Assembly: GCA_043815085.1 (NCBI GenBank)
Contig: JBDRJG010000001.1
Span: forward strand, 1,594 to 65,593
DNA: 64,000 bases
DNA from: Candidatus Iainarchaeum sp.
GTDB lineage: Archaea > Nanobdellota > Nanobdellia > Pacearchaeales > GW2011-AR1
Direction: 5' to 3'
This document shows, one piece after another, positions 54,834 to 63,315 of this stretch. A program made the position numbers and the translations under genes. Each line of letters starts with the position of its first letter. Within the stretch, counting starts at the first letter, position 1. The notes beneath the pieces are model-generated. The model did not search any database, was not told the DNA's origin, and was given only the letters and a program-made list of their open reading frames with translations.

Positions 54834-55547
54834 ATGAAATCTCTAGCAAGATATTTTTATAAAATAAGAAGTTTTCTACCAAATATTAAGCGAAATAAAC
54901 TTTATAATTTTATAAAGAGTTTATTAGTGTATGATGAAAATGAAAAGAATATTTTAAGAGCTTTAGAGTTTGTGAAGCTGAATGATTTAGAAGGAGATTA
55001 TGCAGAATTTGGGGTTTATAATGGAGAGAGTTTTATTATTGCATGTTATTTCTCCAAGTTTTTTAAATTAAAAAACATGAAATTTTATGCATTCGATAGT
55101 TTTGAAGGATTACCTAGTCCAGAAAAAGAAGATTTGGGATTTTATTGGAAAGAGGGAGATTGTAATTGTTCTCTTGAGAAATTTAAAAGTAATCTTAAAA
55201 AAGCAAAAGTTGATTTAAATGGAGTAGTAAGTATAAAAGGGTGGTATAATGAAACTTTAAAAAAGGGTAAGAAATATGGAATCAAAAAGCTTGCTTTTAT
55301 CCATGTTGATTGTGATTATTACTCTTCTACAAAACTAGTGTTTGAATATATAAAACCCTTTTTACAAGAAGGAACTGTTATTCTATTTGATGATTGGTAT
55401 TGCTATAATGCAAGCGCTGAGGAAGGAGAACAGAAGGCATTTGGAGAGTTCTTAAAGAAAAACAAACATATTTCGTTTATAGATTTTCCAGCAGAGGGTC
55501 TGAAAAAAATGTTTATATGTCAAAAAATAGGCAAGAAATATGCATGA
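54834..55547 (+). CDS. TylF/MycF-family (macrocin O-methyltransferase-like) SAM-dependent O-methyltransferase
   Basis: 237 aa. FIHVDCDYYSSTKLVFEYIKPFLQEGTVILFDDW is the TylF family signature. Confidence 0.65.
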   Translation: MKSLARYFYKIRSFLPNIKRNKLYNFIKSLLVYDENEKNILRALEFVKLNDLEGDYAEFGVYNGESFIIACYFSKFFKLKNMKFYAFDSFEGLPSPEKEDLGFYWKEGDCNCSLEKFKSNLKKAKVDLNGVVSIKGWYNETLKKGKKYGIKKLAFIHVDCDYYSSTKLVFEYIKPFLQEGTVILFDDWYCYNASAEEGEQKAFGEFLKKNKHISFIDFPAEGLKKMFICQKIGKKYA

Positions 55548-55709
55548 TGAGAAAAAACTTATTTAAATAGGGAGATTAAAGAAATACACACTCAACATCA
55601 TTATTTATATTTTTTAATTGTTCAAAAACTTCTTGATTATATTGCCCCAAATTTAAAAATATTCTCAAATTATCTTTTCCGGATACAACCTCTTCTGGCT
55701 TCCTGCAAA

Positions 55710-56420
55710 TTAAATTTGTCCCATATATCCTTCTCCGTGAGGATAATTTTCTAAAGCATGTTTATAAGAAATAGGGACCCCCGTATCAAACCAAGTAAAT
55801 ACTTTCCCAGACATTCTTTTATCTATCAAGGCTTTGAATCCATTAGAAACTTGTATTTCCCCAAAAATTAAATTTTTATTTGATTCAAGTTGTTCCCAAA
55901 AATAATCATAATCTTTTATTCCAGATAATCCAATGAATGCATATTCGTTATCTGTTTTTACTTTATCATCAATCCTTACTACTATTTTTTCATCATTCAT
56001 TTTTGCTGAACAAAATCTACTTGTATCATTAACTTTTGCTAATCCAAACCAGTTTTCATCTGGAGGGGGAACTTCTTCTCTAACTAAGGTATCTGCGGCA
56101 AAAAAGATAAATGGGCATTGAAGGTCTTCTTTACACTTCAATAATGAGTAACCGGGGCCTGTCCCTGGACCAATATATTTATCAACTTCTACATGAACCA
56201 ACTTTCTTTTTGGATATGCATGATTAAGGTAAGAAATTAATTGGTCTTTTTTATATCCTACAGCTATTACAATTTCCACGTCTTCTGGAAATTTTTCTAT
56301 TATATGACAAATAGATGGCTTTCCATGAACTGGAATAAGGGCTTTATTAAAAATATTAGAAAACTCTCCAATACGGCTTCCAATTCCTGCAGCAAGGATA
56401 CAAACTTTGTAGTTTCCCAT
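55710..56420 (-). CDS. sugar-phosphate/phospho-base nucleotidyltransferase (stand-alone paralog of the N-terminal domain of 59569-61167)
   Basis: 236 aa. KVCILAAGIGSRIGEFSNIFNKALIPVHGKP is the NTP-transferase G-rich loop. It is highly similar to the first roughly 230 aa of the 532-aa fusion protein. Confidence 0.65.
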   Translation of the reverse strand: MGNYKVCILAAGIGSRIGEFSNIFNKALIPVHGKPSICHIIEKFPEDVEIVIAVGYKKDQLISYLNHAYPKRKLVHVEVDKYIGPGTGPGYSLLKCKEDLQCPFIFFAADTLVREEVPPPDENWFGLAKVNDTSRFCSAKMNDEKIVVRIDDKVKTDNEYAFIGLSGIKDYDYFWEQLESNKNLIFGEIQVSNGFKALIDKRMSGKVFTWFDTGVPISYKHALENYPHGEGYMGQI

Positions 56421-56456
56421 ATTAATATTAAATGAAATTATTTATAAACTTATTTC

Positions 56457-57389
56457 TTAACTCTTTCCAATAGCTCTTCCATAAGCATTTTCAAGAACTA
56501 ATAAATTTTCTAAATTATTGGCCGCAATAACTGCATCAGCATTTTCAATATCGTATCCTTCTGTTTGAATTAATTCTCTAGAGGGGGAAAGATAATAACA
56601 TCTAGATTCTCCTCCTGCTTCATTAACATGTAAAAGTCCAACAACATCGAATGGACCTCCAATTGCAGTTGTTATATTTCCAACAAGCAAGGGTCTTCCT
56701 TGGGCTGTAAGTGCATAATGGCTTCCATTACTCTGGGAAGAGCTTTCTTTAGCTCCTGCATTTTCAAGTTCATTTGATAAGGTTCTTCTTCCTTCTTGTG
56801 TTAACATTTCTTTTAATCCATTTTTTGTTTTTCTCTTAAATGGAAAGGGTATATCCACTAAAACTATTGAATCGTCCTTTATTTTATGATTATTTACTTT
56901 AATAGGCACCCCATTTTCATATACCCATTTTTGAGAGGGATAATCAAAAATATTCTTCCAAGCTCCTTCTCCTTTAGCTGAAAACCATGCTCTCCCTGTA
57001 GAAGGTTCCATTGTTCCGCAAGCTAAAACCTCTTTATTCTTAGAATCATAAGCACCCAAAATAACTGTTGGGGTTGGGACCCCCACTAAAAATCCTCCTG
57101 TTCCATCTAAAGGGTCATGATAAATAACAATATTAGATTCCAAATTTCCAATCTCTTCATCTGATTCTTCTTGATTTAACCTATATTGTCCTAAATCTCT
57201 TTGAATTATTGGAAGTGCTAAAGCTTGGCTTGTTGTATCTACAATAGTTACTGCTGATTTATCTCCTTTTATAATATATTCAGACAGATCAACTTCTCCA
57301 AGAATTGCTTTCCTAATATAATTAGAGGAAACTGCTAATGCTTCTTTAGAACATTCAATGAATTTTCTTGCGTCAAAGTATTCTTCCAT
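56457..57389 (-). CDS. inositol monophosphatase/FBPase family phosphatase
   Basis: 310 aa. IVIYHDPLDGTGGF contains the IMPase DPxDGT motif. Confidence 0.65.
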   Translation of the reverse strand: MEEYFDARKFIECSKEALAVSSNYIRKAILGEVDLSEYIIKGDKSAVTIVDTTSQALALPIIQRDLGQYRLNQEESDEEIGNLESNIVIYHDPLDGTGGFLVGVPTPTVILGAYDSKNKEVLACGTMEPSTGRAWFSAKGEGAWKNIFDYPSQKWVYENGVPIKVNNHKIKDDSIVLVDIPFPFKRKTKNGLKEMLTQEGRRTLSNELENAGAKESSSQSNGSHYALTAQGRPLLVGNITTAIGGPFDVVGLLHVNEAGGESRCYYLSPSRELIQTEGYDIENADAVIAANNLENLLVLENAYGRAIGKS

Positions 57390-57455
57390 ATTTTCCCAAC
57401 AATTGCTTGGTTTTTAAATTTTATTGTTGTAAAAACATATTTATTTTATTTTAAA
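57387..57455 (-). promoter_or_regulatory. duplicated promoter/5' leader element, copy 1 (the twin is at 58095-58150)
   Basis: Roughly 60 nt near-identical sequence (AAATAAAATAAATATGTTTTTACAACAATAAAATTTAAAAACCAAGCAATTGTTGG(G)AAAATATGGAA) running into the start codon of the IMPase-family gene. Confidence 0.6.
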
Positions 57456-58109
57456 TTGTTCATAACTGTAATAATCAAATCCTTTAGGAGTGAAAATAAA
57501 ATGCCCCACATCAACTATAAATGGTTTGCTTTCACCCAACGCAGGCATTTCATTTATTACTTTTATTATATCTGATATATTATTAGGATTTCTTTCCTCT
57601 GTGAACCTATTTACTGTCATGTGGGCTCCCCAAGCTAAAGTAGTTTCTAATCCTCTTTGTTTAGAATTTTTACCAATTTCTTGCATTGTATTAAAGAAGT
57701 TTTCATCTGGATTTCCTTTTGCGATTAAACTATTTTTATTATACAACCAAGAATCATAATTTATTGTTGGTCTTCTTAACCCCTTAACTGAGGAATCAAC
57801 ACTTTTTGATAATTCTTCTAAAACTCCTTTATCTAATGAAAAATCATCGCTTGTGCCTTCAACAAGAATTGTTGTATGTAAATTAGATTTATCATAAATA
57901 ATTGAGGGAATTATTTCTGAAACTTTATAAGAGACATTTGTAGCAGACTCTACAATCTTATCTGGATGTCTAAATACAATTAAGTATGAGCCTTGATATT
58001 TTGGAATATTTGGAACAACCCCTGTTTCTTCTAATGAAGAAGATTCCATTCTGCTATAAATTGAATTTTGCTTTTCTAAAAAATCTTTGAATTCCATATT
58101 TTCCAACAA
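57441..58109 (-). CDS. 2H phosphoesterase superfamily protein (LigT-like), putative
   Basis: Two H-x-T-x motifs (NLHTTILVEG; GAHMTVNRF) about 85 aa apart. The duplicated 5' leader shared with the downstream gene points to a start at the internal ATG at 58097 (MEFKDF...). Confidence 0.5.
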   Translation of the reverse strand: MLENMEFKDFLEKQNSIYSRMESSSLEETGVVPNIPKYQGSYLIVFRHPDKIVESATNVSYKVSEIIPSIIYDKSNLHTTILVEGTSDDFSLDKGVLEELSKSVDSSVKGLRRPTINYDSWLYNKNSLIAKGNPDENFFNTMQEIGKNSKQRGLETTLAWGAHMTVNRFTEERNPNNISDIIKVINEMPALGESKPFIVDVGHFIFTPKGFDYYSYEQFKIK

Positions 58110-58150
58110 TTGCTTGGTTTTTAAATTTTATTGTTGTAAAAACATATTTA
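58095..58150 (-). promoter_or_regulatory. duplicated promoter/5' leader element, copy 2
   Basis: Same element immediately upstream of, and including, the ATG of the 2H-phosphoesterase gene. Confidence 0.6.
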
Positions 58151-58152
58151 TT

Positions 58153-58587
58153 TTATTTGTGTTCTGAATCTATTCTCCCTGAAGGTCTTTCTCCATCATC
58201 CAAAACTCTTATAACATCGTCAACGTGGGGAGTTGATACTTCTTGTAAAATAATATCTGTAAGGGCAATAACTCTATGCTTTCTAGGAGGAACAACTGTG
58301 AAAGAATCGTCTGCTTTCATTAATCTTTTTTCTATTTTTCCTTTTTCATTTTCCAACCAAACTTCTGCCTTACCTTCAATAATATAATTTGTTTCTATCT
58401 TTCTTTCATGGTATTGGAAACTGGTCTTTTCCCCCTTATTGATGTAAATTCTTTTATAACAATAACCCCTTCCGTTAGAATCTTCCCAGAGCTCTAACCA
58501 AACTTCTTTTCCCCAAGGCTTTTTTACTGTGCATGGAAAAGTATAATTTTCATATCCCCTTGGCCTATGTAGTTTTGGTCTATCCAT
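58153..58587 (-). CDS. cupin-domain protein (mannose-6-phosphate isomerase type II-like cupin)
   Basis: 144 aa. KPWGKEVWLE...YCYKRIYINKGEKTSFQYHERKIETNYIIEGKAEVWLEN matches the PMI-type cupin motif. Confidence 0.55.
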   Translation of the reverse strand: MDRPKLHRPRGYENYTFPCTVKKPWGKEVWLELWEDSNGRGYCYKRIYINKGEKTSFQYHERKIETNYIIEGKAEVWLENEKGKIEKRLMKADDSFTVVPPRKHRVIALTDIILQEVSTPHVDDVIRVLDDGERPSGRIDSEHK

Positions 58588-59572
58588 AATGATTAATCGC
58601 CTCCATTATTTCTTTAATTATATTCTCTTTTATATCTTCTCTTTTTTCTAGTTCATTAATTATTCTTTTATAACTTTCTGAAGAAAAATGATAATGTCCG
58701 GCAATCGTACAACATAAAAACTTATTTTCAGGCTTATTTTTATGCATCCATTTTCCCCATTTCTTTTCATTATAAACTTCTTCTAAAAAATCTTCAAAAT
58801 TAATGCCATACATTAAACATTTACTTAAGACAATGCTTGTTTGGATAACTCCTAATTGGGGGGCAATATTCATTGCGTCAACAATCCCTTTTCTAGACTC
58901 AATTTCTTCTTTAGATAGATAATCTGCATTATGTTCTTTTAATTTTATTCCTTTTTCTTTCATAATTTTGGATACTCTTTCTACAAATTGCTTATTAAAA
59001 TTTCCAATCTGGTTGATTTCTTTAATAAGGCTCCCAGTTTGAATAACATAGAATTCTGGTTTACAAAATTGCAGGAAAAAATCTATTTCTTTCTCTATCT
59101 CTTCTAAATTAATTATCCCAAAATTGGTTCCAATATTTTCGTCAGTTCCCATTTCAAGTGAGATTGAGTGATTCAACCTTAAACAATATTCTACTGCTTT
59201 TTTAGATTCTTGCAACATTTCGTCGTTATTTCCCTTAAAATGACAGAAATCTATATGAATTAAATCAAAACCTAACTCTATATCTGATTTTATGGTTTTA
59301 TAGGTATCTTCTAAATCATAATTTCCATTAAATCCTGGTCCACAGTGATCACGACATATTCTTACATTGCTATTTGGATATTTTTGCCTCATAACCTTTA
59401 TAAAATTCATAAATTCTTTAGTCGTCCAATTGTTCACATATCCGCCAGAGTAATCTATTTGATTTTTAGACGCTATAATCATTAATTCTTTTCTATGATA
59501 ATTAGATACTCTAAAAATTGCTTCGATTATTTCTGTACTCATTGGACCTATCCCTAAATTAGAATTAATCAT
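58580..59572 (-). CDS. GatZ/KbaZ-like protein (tagatose-bisphosphate aldolase non-catalytic subunit / tagatose-6-P kinase family), putative
   Basis: 330 aa. GIGPMSTEIIEAIFRVSNYHRKELMIIASKNQIDYSGGYV...RICRDHCGPGF parallels the GatZ N-terminus (GIxSVCSAHPxVIEAAL...IEATSNQVNQFGGYTG...GGDHLGPN). Confidence 0.45.
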   Translation of the reverse strand: MINSNLGIGPMSTEIIEAIFRVSNYHRKELMIIASKNQIDYSGGYVNNWTTKEFMNFIKVMRQKYPNSNVRICRDHCGPGFNGNYDLEDTYKTIKSDIELGFDLIHIDFCHFKGNNDEMLQESKKAVEYCLRLNHSISLEMGTDENIGTNFGIINLEEIEKEIDFFLQFCKPEFYVIQTGSLIKEINQIGNFNKQFVERVSKIMKEKGIKLKEHNADYLSKEEIESRKGIVDAMNIAPQLGVIQTSIVLSKCLMYGINFEDFLEEVYNEKKWGKWMHKNKPENKFLCCTIAGHYHFSSESYKRIINELEKREDIKENIIKEIMEAINHYG

Positions 59573-61167
59573 GTTATTGTTCCAATTTCTTTTAATGCAT
59601 AATAAAGTTTGCTCTTTCCCAAAAAATATAGCATTAAATCAAAAGGATCATTGTGCAAAGGGGACATATTTAAAAAAATTAATGCCATTAATAATTTTAT
59701 TTTTTTAAAATCATATCCATTCTTTGTTATAAAAGATTCAAATTCTTCTTTTGCCTCTAAGAGATTGTTTTTTATAGAAAAGTCATAATAAACACTGGAA
59801 CCGCTAATATCAAAAGAGAAGTCTCCTTTTTTTATTAACTGATAAGAAAGATTTATTCCCCCATATAGTTTTGCCAAATCATAATATACATCCCCATATT
59901 TAGTTAAACCGCCAAAATCTTGTCTCCAATCCAAAAGAACAAATTTTTGCAAATTACTTTTTAAGTCTACTGTTACAAGAACATTATCAAATTGTAAATC
60001 CCCGTGAAAATTACTTGGTGTTCCTTCAATTAGATATTTCCAATCAATTTTTTCTAAAAGATCTTTTAAAGGAGGAATTTGAACCCCATTAATATTATTC
60101 CATCCGTCTTCTATCCCTGTTTTTTTATAAAATTGGTCTAATCTTTCAATAGTCTTATCATAATAGAATCTTTTGCATGCTTCTTGAAATTGCTTTTTGT
60201 TTTCTTCATCAAGATCCTGAATTTTCCAAAGATAACTCTTGGTCCAATGAAGAAAATCTTTGACTAATTGTCTATTTATTACATCATACAAAACTTGCCC
60301 ATCTATTTTTTTATAACAATAAAAATTTTCACTCTGTGATTCTATTTCTGGACATAGAGTAGAAAGATATCTTGCTCTCTCAATTCTTTTTTTTACTATA
60401 TTGGAGTCTCCAAAAAACTTGATAACCCTCCCATTTACAAAATAAATAAATTCATTTCCCTTACTAAAATCAAAATTACTTGTTGCGCCAGAAAAACTTT
60501 CATTGGTTTCTTTATAATTTTTAAAATTTCCAGTATCAAACCAAGTTACACCTATAGGAACAAGCTTCTTTTCAATTAATCTACTAAATCCATTAGAAAC
60601 TTGAACTTCCCCACTCTTTAATTCCTTGTTTTTTTCAAGACCATCAAAATATTCATTATAATCTTTAATCCCTGCAACTCCTATAAAAGCAAATTTATTA
60701 TCACATTTTATTTTATCATCCAATTGATATACTAAATTATTTTTTATTTTGACAGTGCAATATGGCTCAGTTTCCTTTACTGGAGCAATTCCAAACCAAT
60801 TTTCAGTTGGTTCTGGAATTTTTTCTAAAATAATTGTGTCTGCTACAAAAAATATAAATGGGCATTGTAATTGATCTTTACATTTTAATATAGAATGCCC
60901 TGGACCGGTTCCAGGCCCCATATACTTATCTACTTCAACATAAGTTATTTTTCTTTCAGGGTGGGCTAAACTAAGATAACCAATTATTGTTTCTTTCTTG
61001 TGTCCAACAGCAACAACTATCTCCACTTCCTCTGGAAATTTTTCTATTATGTAGGAAATCACTGCCTTATTATTTATGGGCAAGACTGCTTTGTTCACGT
61101 TTTCTGTTAGTGCTCCCATCCTATTTCCCACACCCGCAGCAAGAATGCAAACTTTGTAATTATTCAT
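59569..61167 (-). CDS. bifunctional nucleotidyltransferase / kinase (APH/choline-kinase-like fold) fusion protein
   Basis: 532 aa. The N-terminal roughly 230 aa NTP-transferase domain (KVCILAAGVGNRMGALTENVNKAVLPINNK) is paralogous to 55710-56420. The C-terminal domain has a Brenner-type HGDLQFDNVLV catalytic loop and FVLLDWRQDFGG. Confidence 0.65.
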   Translation of the reverse strand: MNNYKVCILAAGVGNRMGALTENVNKAVLPINNKAVISYIIEKFPEEVEIVVAVGHKKETIIGYLSLAHPERKITYVEVDKYMGPGTGPGHSILKCKDQLQCPFIFFVADTIILEKIPEPTENWFGIAPVKETEPYCTVKIKNNLVYQLDDKIKCDNKFAFIGVAGIKDYNEYFDGLEKNKELKSGEVQVSNGFSRLIEKKLVPIGVTWFDTGNFKNYKETNESFSGATSNFDFSKGNEFIYFVNGRVIKFFGDSNIVKKRIERARYLSTLCPEIESQSENFYCYKKIDGQVLYDVINRQLVKDFLHWTKSYLWKIQDLDEENKKQFQEACKRFYYDKTIERLDQFYKKTGIEDGWNNINGVQIPPLKDLLEKIDWKYLIEGTPSNFHGDLQFDNVLVTVDLKSNLQKFVLLDWRQDFGGLTKYGDVYYDLAKLYGGINLSYQLIKKGDFSFDISGSSVYYDFSIKNNLLEAKEEFESFITKNGYDFKKIKLLMALIFLNMSPLHNDPFDLMLYFLGKSKLYYALKEIGTIT

Positions 61168-61411
61168 TTTGTTCAGAAAAAAATTTAATATTAAATAAGG
61201 GATGCATAATTATAACCAATATATTCTCTCTTCCTGTTCTTCTCATTTTTACTCGATTATCCTGTGAGCGACCTTAACTTATTTTTATATGTTCTTGTCC
61301 GCTTTTTAATAATCACTGATAGATAAATTAAGTTATTTATAAAGTTTGTGGAATATTTTTATATAAATTCTTTATACAAAAATTCTTAAAGACTGATTTT
61401 TAATAATAGAT

Positions 61412-62833
61412 ATGAAAGTATTGTTTGTTTATCATAATAGGGTAGAAGATGGTTATATGCCCCAAGTAATCGCCATTTTAGGAGGAGCACTCAAACAAGA
61501 AGGAATAGAAACTAAATTCTTTGATACAACTTTTTACAGAGATAAAAACGATATTTTTATAAATAACGATAGAAAAGTTAGAGAATCTCAAAAAAAAGGA
61601 GGGTACCAACCTGTCCAAGGATTCGGCTTTGAAAGAGAGGTAGTCGACCTCAAAGAAAAATTTTTAGAAGTAGTAGAAGAATACAAACCAGATTTAATTG
61701 CTGCAACTTCTACATCTTTTGAGTTTAATTCTCTTTTGGATTTTATCCTTCCGGCTAAAAAGAAATTTAATGTTCCTGTTATTGTGGGGGGATCACATGC
61801 CACAGTGGTTCCTGAAAAAGCAATCCAGAAAGAGGGGGTTGATTTTATATGTGTCGGACAAGGAGAGAAACCCTTACTTGAACTTGTCCGAAGAATGGAA
61901 AATAGAGGAGATATCACAACTATCCCTAGTCTGTGGATTAAATCTCCTAACGGAGAAATAATAAGAAATAAAATTGGGCTGCAAATTGAAAATATGGATG
62001 ATACTCCCGAAGCAGATTGGGATTTAATAGATGAAAGACACAGGATACGGCCATTTGAGGGTGAAGTAAAAAGATATGGTTGGTTTGAGATAAGCAGAGG
62101 ATGCCCTTATAGCTGTAGTTATTGTATTAATTCAAAATTGCACAAAATAGAGCTAGAGGGGGGAGTAAAACCTGGAGCTTATAGATTTTTTTCCCCAAAA
62201 GAGATAATAAGAAGAATGAAAAAATATAAAGAAAAATATGGTTTTAATCATGTGCAGTGTATAGATGAAAATATGGCTGCAATGCCTTTAGAGAAATTAA
62301 AGGAACTTGCTAAACTATACAAAGAAAATATAGGGTGTAGTTTTTTCACACAAAGCAGACCCGAATGTTTTGTTACGAGTCCCGAAAAAGCAAAAATAAT
62401 GGCTGAAATGGGTTGTAAGATGGTTGGTCTTGGTGTTGAAAGTGGAAATGAGGAATTGCGTAGGACCATACTAAATAGGCCAATGAAAGATGGAATTGTT
62501 GAGGAGGCTGTAAGAATATTAAAAAACTCTGGAATTATGGTTGCGACATATTATATTATAGGATTTCCAACTGAAACAGAAGAGATGATTAAACAGACTA
62601 TTGATTTACATAGAAGAATACAACCAGATAGATTTTCTGTTAGATTTTTACATCCTTTCCCAGGAACATCTATAAGAAATATTTGTGTTAAAGAAGGATA
62701 TATTTCAGATAATTATGAGGATATTAATTCGGATGCTTCTTTTTTCAGAGACCCAGTTTTAAATCTTCCTTCTCCTCCACACCCTACAAAAGAAAGACTA
62801 AAAGAGCTGAGAGAAGAATTTGAGAGATATTAA
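61412..62833 (+). CDS. B12-binding domain radical SAM protein (class B)
   Basis: 473 aa. N-terminal B12-binding domain (PDLIAATSTSFEFNSLLDFI...VIVGGSHAT). CxxxCxxC is ISRGCPYSCSYC. Confidence 0.75.
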   Translation: MKVLFVYHNRVEDGYMPQVIAILGGALKQEGIETKFFDTTFYRDKNDIFINNDRKVRESQKKGGYQPVQGFGFEREVVDLKEKFLEVVEEYKPDLIAATSTSFEFNSLLDFILPAKKKFNVPVIVGGSHATVVPEKAIQKEGVDFICVGQGEKPLLELVRRMENRGDITTIPSLWIKSPNGEIIRNKIGLQIENMDDTPEADWDLIDERHRIRPFEGEVKRYGWFEISRGCPYSCSYCINSKLHKIELEGGVKPGAYRFFSPKEIIRRMKKYKEKYGFNHVQCIDENMAAMPLEKLKELAKLYKENIGCSFFTQSRPECFVTSPEKAKIMAEMGCKMVGLGVESGNEELRRTILNRPMKDGIVEEAVRILKNSGIMVATYYIIGFPTETEEMIKQTIDLHRRIQPDRFSVRFLHPFPGTSIRNICVKEGYISDNYEDINSDASFFRDPVLNLPSPPHPTKERLKELREEFERY

Positions 62834-63315
62834 TTATTAATCTCTTTCTTTCCTCCAAAAAAAATCTTGTTAATTTTTATACAAGCATCACAAACAGCCC
62901 CCTCCCCAGAATTGGAAGGAGTTATATATTTGGCCCAATTTTTTGCTTCAATTCTTGCATTGGCTGGAGCAATACCAAATAAGCAATCTCTAATTATTAG
63001 GGCATCAAATATGCCATCACCAATAAAAATAGTATTTTTAAACCCAAACCTCTCTTTTATCCACATAAACCTATCTCCTTCTGGCACAAGCTCTATTTTA
63101 TAACCCATTTCTTCAATCCTTTTCTTAGAAATTGCAAAGCCCCTCTTATCTGCACTAATAAAAAAGATATTTAATTTATCTCTAATCAATTTAAGACCAT
63201 CAGAATCATGGGGTCCAAAAATCTTGTATGCCTTTCCTTTTTCAGAATATAAAAATTGTCCTGTGGTCATTACTCCATCTACATCTAAAACAAAATTCAA
63301 TTTCTTATTTTCCAT
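62830..63315 (-). CDS. KdsC-like HAD-superfamily sugar-phosphate phosphatase (subfamily IIIA)
   Basis: 161 aa. FVLDVDGVMTTGQFLYSEKGKAYKIFGPHDSDGLKLIR...FIGDGIFDA are the KdsC/NeuNAc-9-P phosphatase-type motifs. Confidence 0.65.
   Translation of the reverse strand: MENKKLNFVLDVDGVMTTGQFLYSEKGKAYKIFGPHDSDGLKLIRDKLNIFFISADKRGFAISKKRIEEMGYKIELVPEGDRFMWIKERFGFKNTIFIGDGIFDALIIRDCLFGIAPANARIEAKNWAKYITPSNSGEGAVCDACIKINKIFFGGKKEINN

Noticed and set aside
60987-61277. 96-aa + strand ORF upstream of the 61412 radical SAM gene, checked as a possible precursor peptide
   Set aside because: It overlaps the 5' end of the NTase–kinase gene on the opposite strand and runs through the intergenic promoter region. 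It is Leu/Ser/Cys low-complexity and unlike the 51737 peptide.
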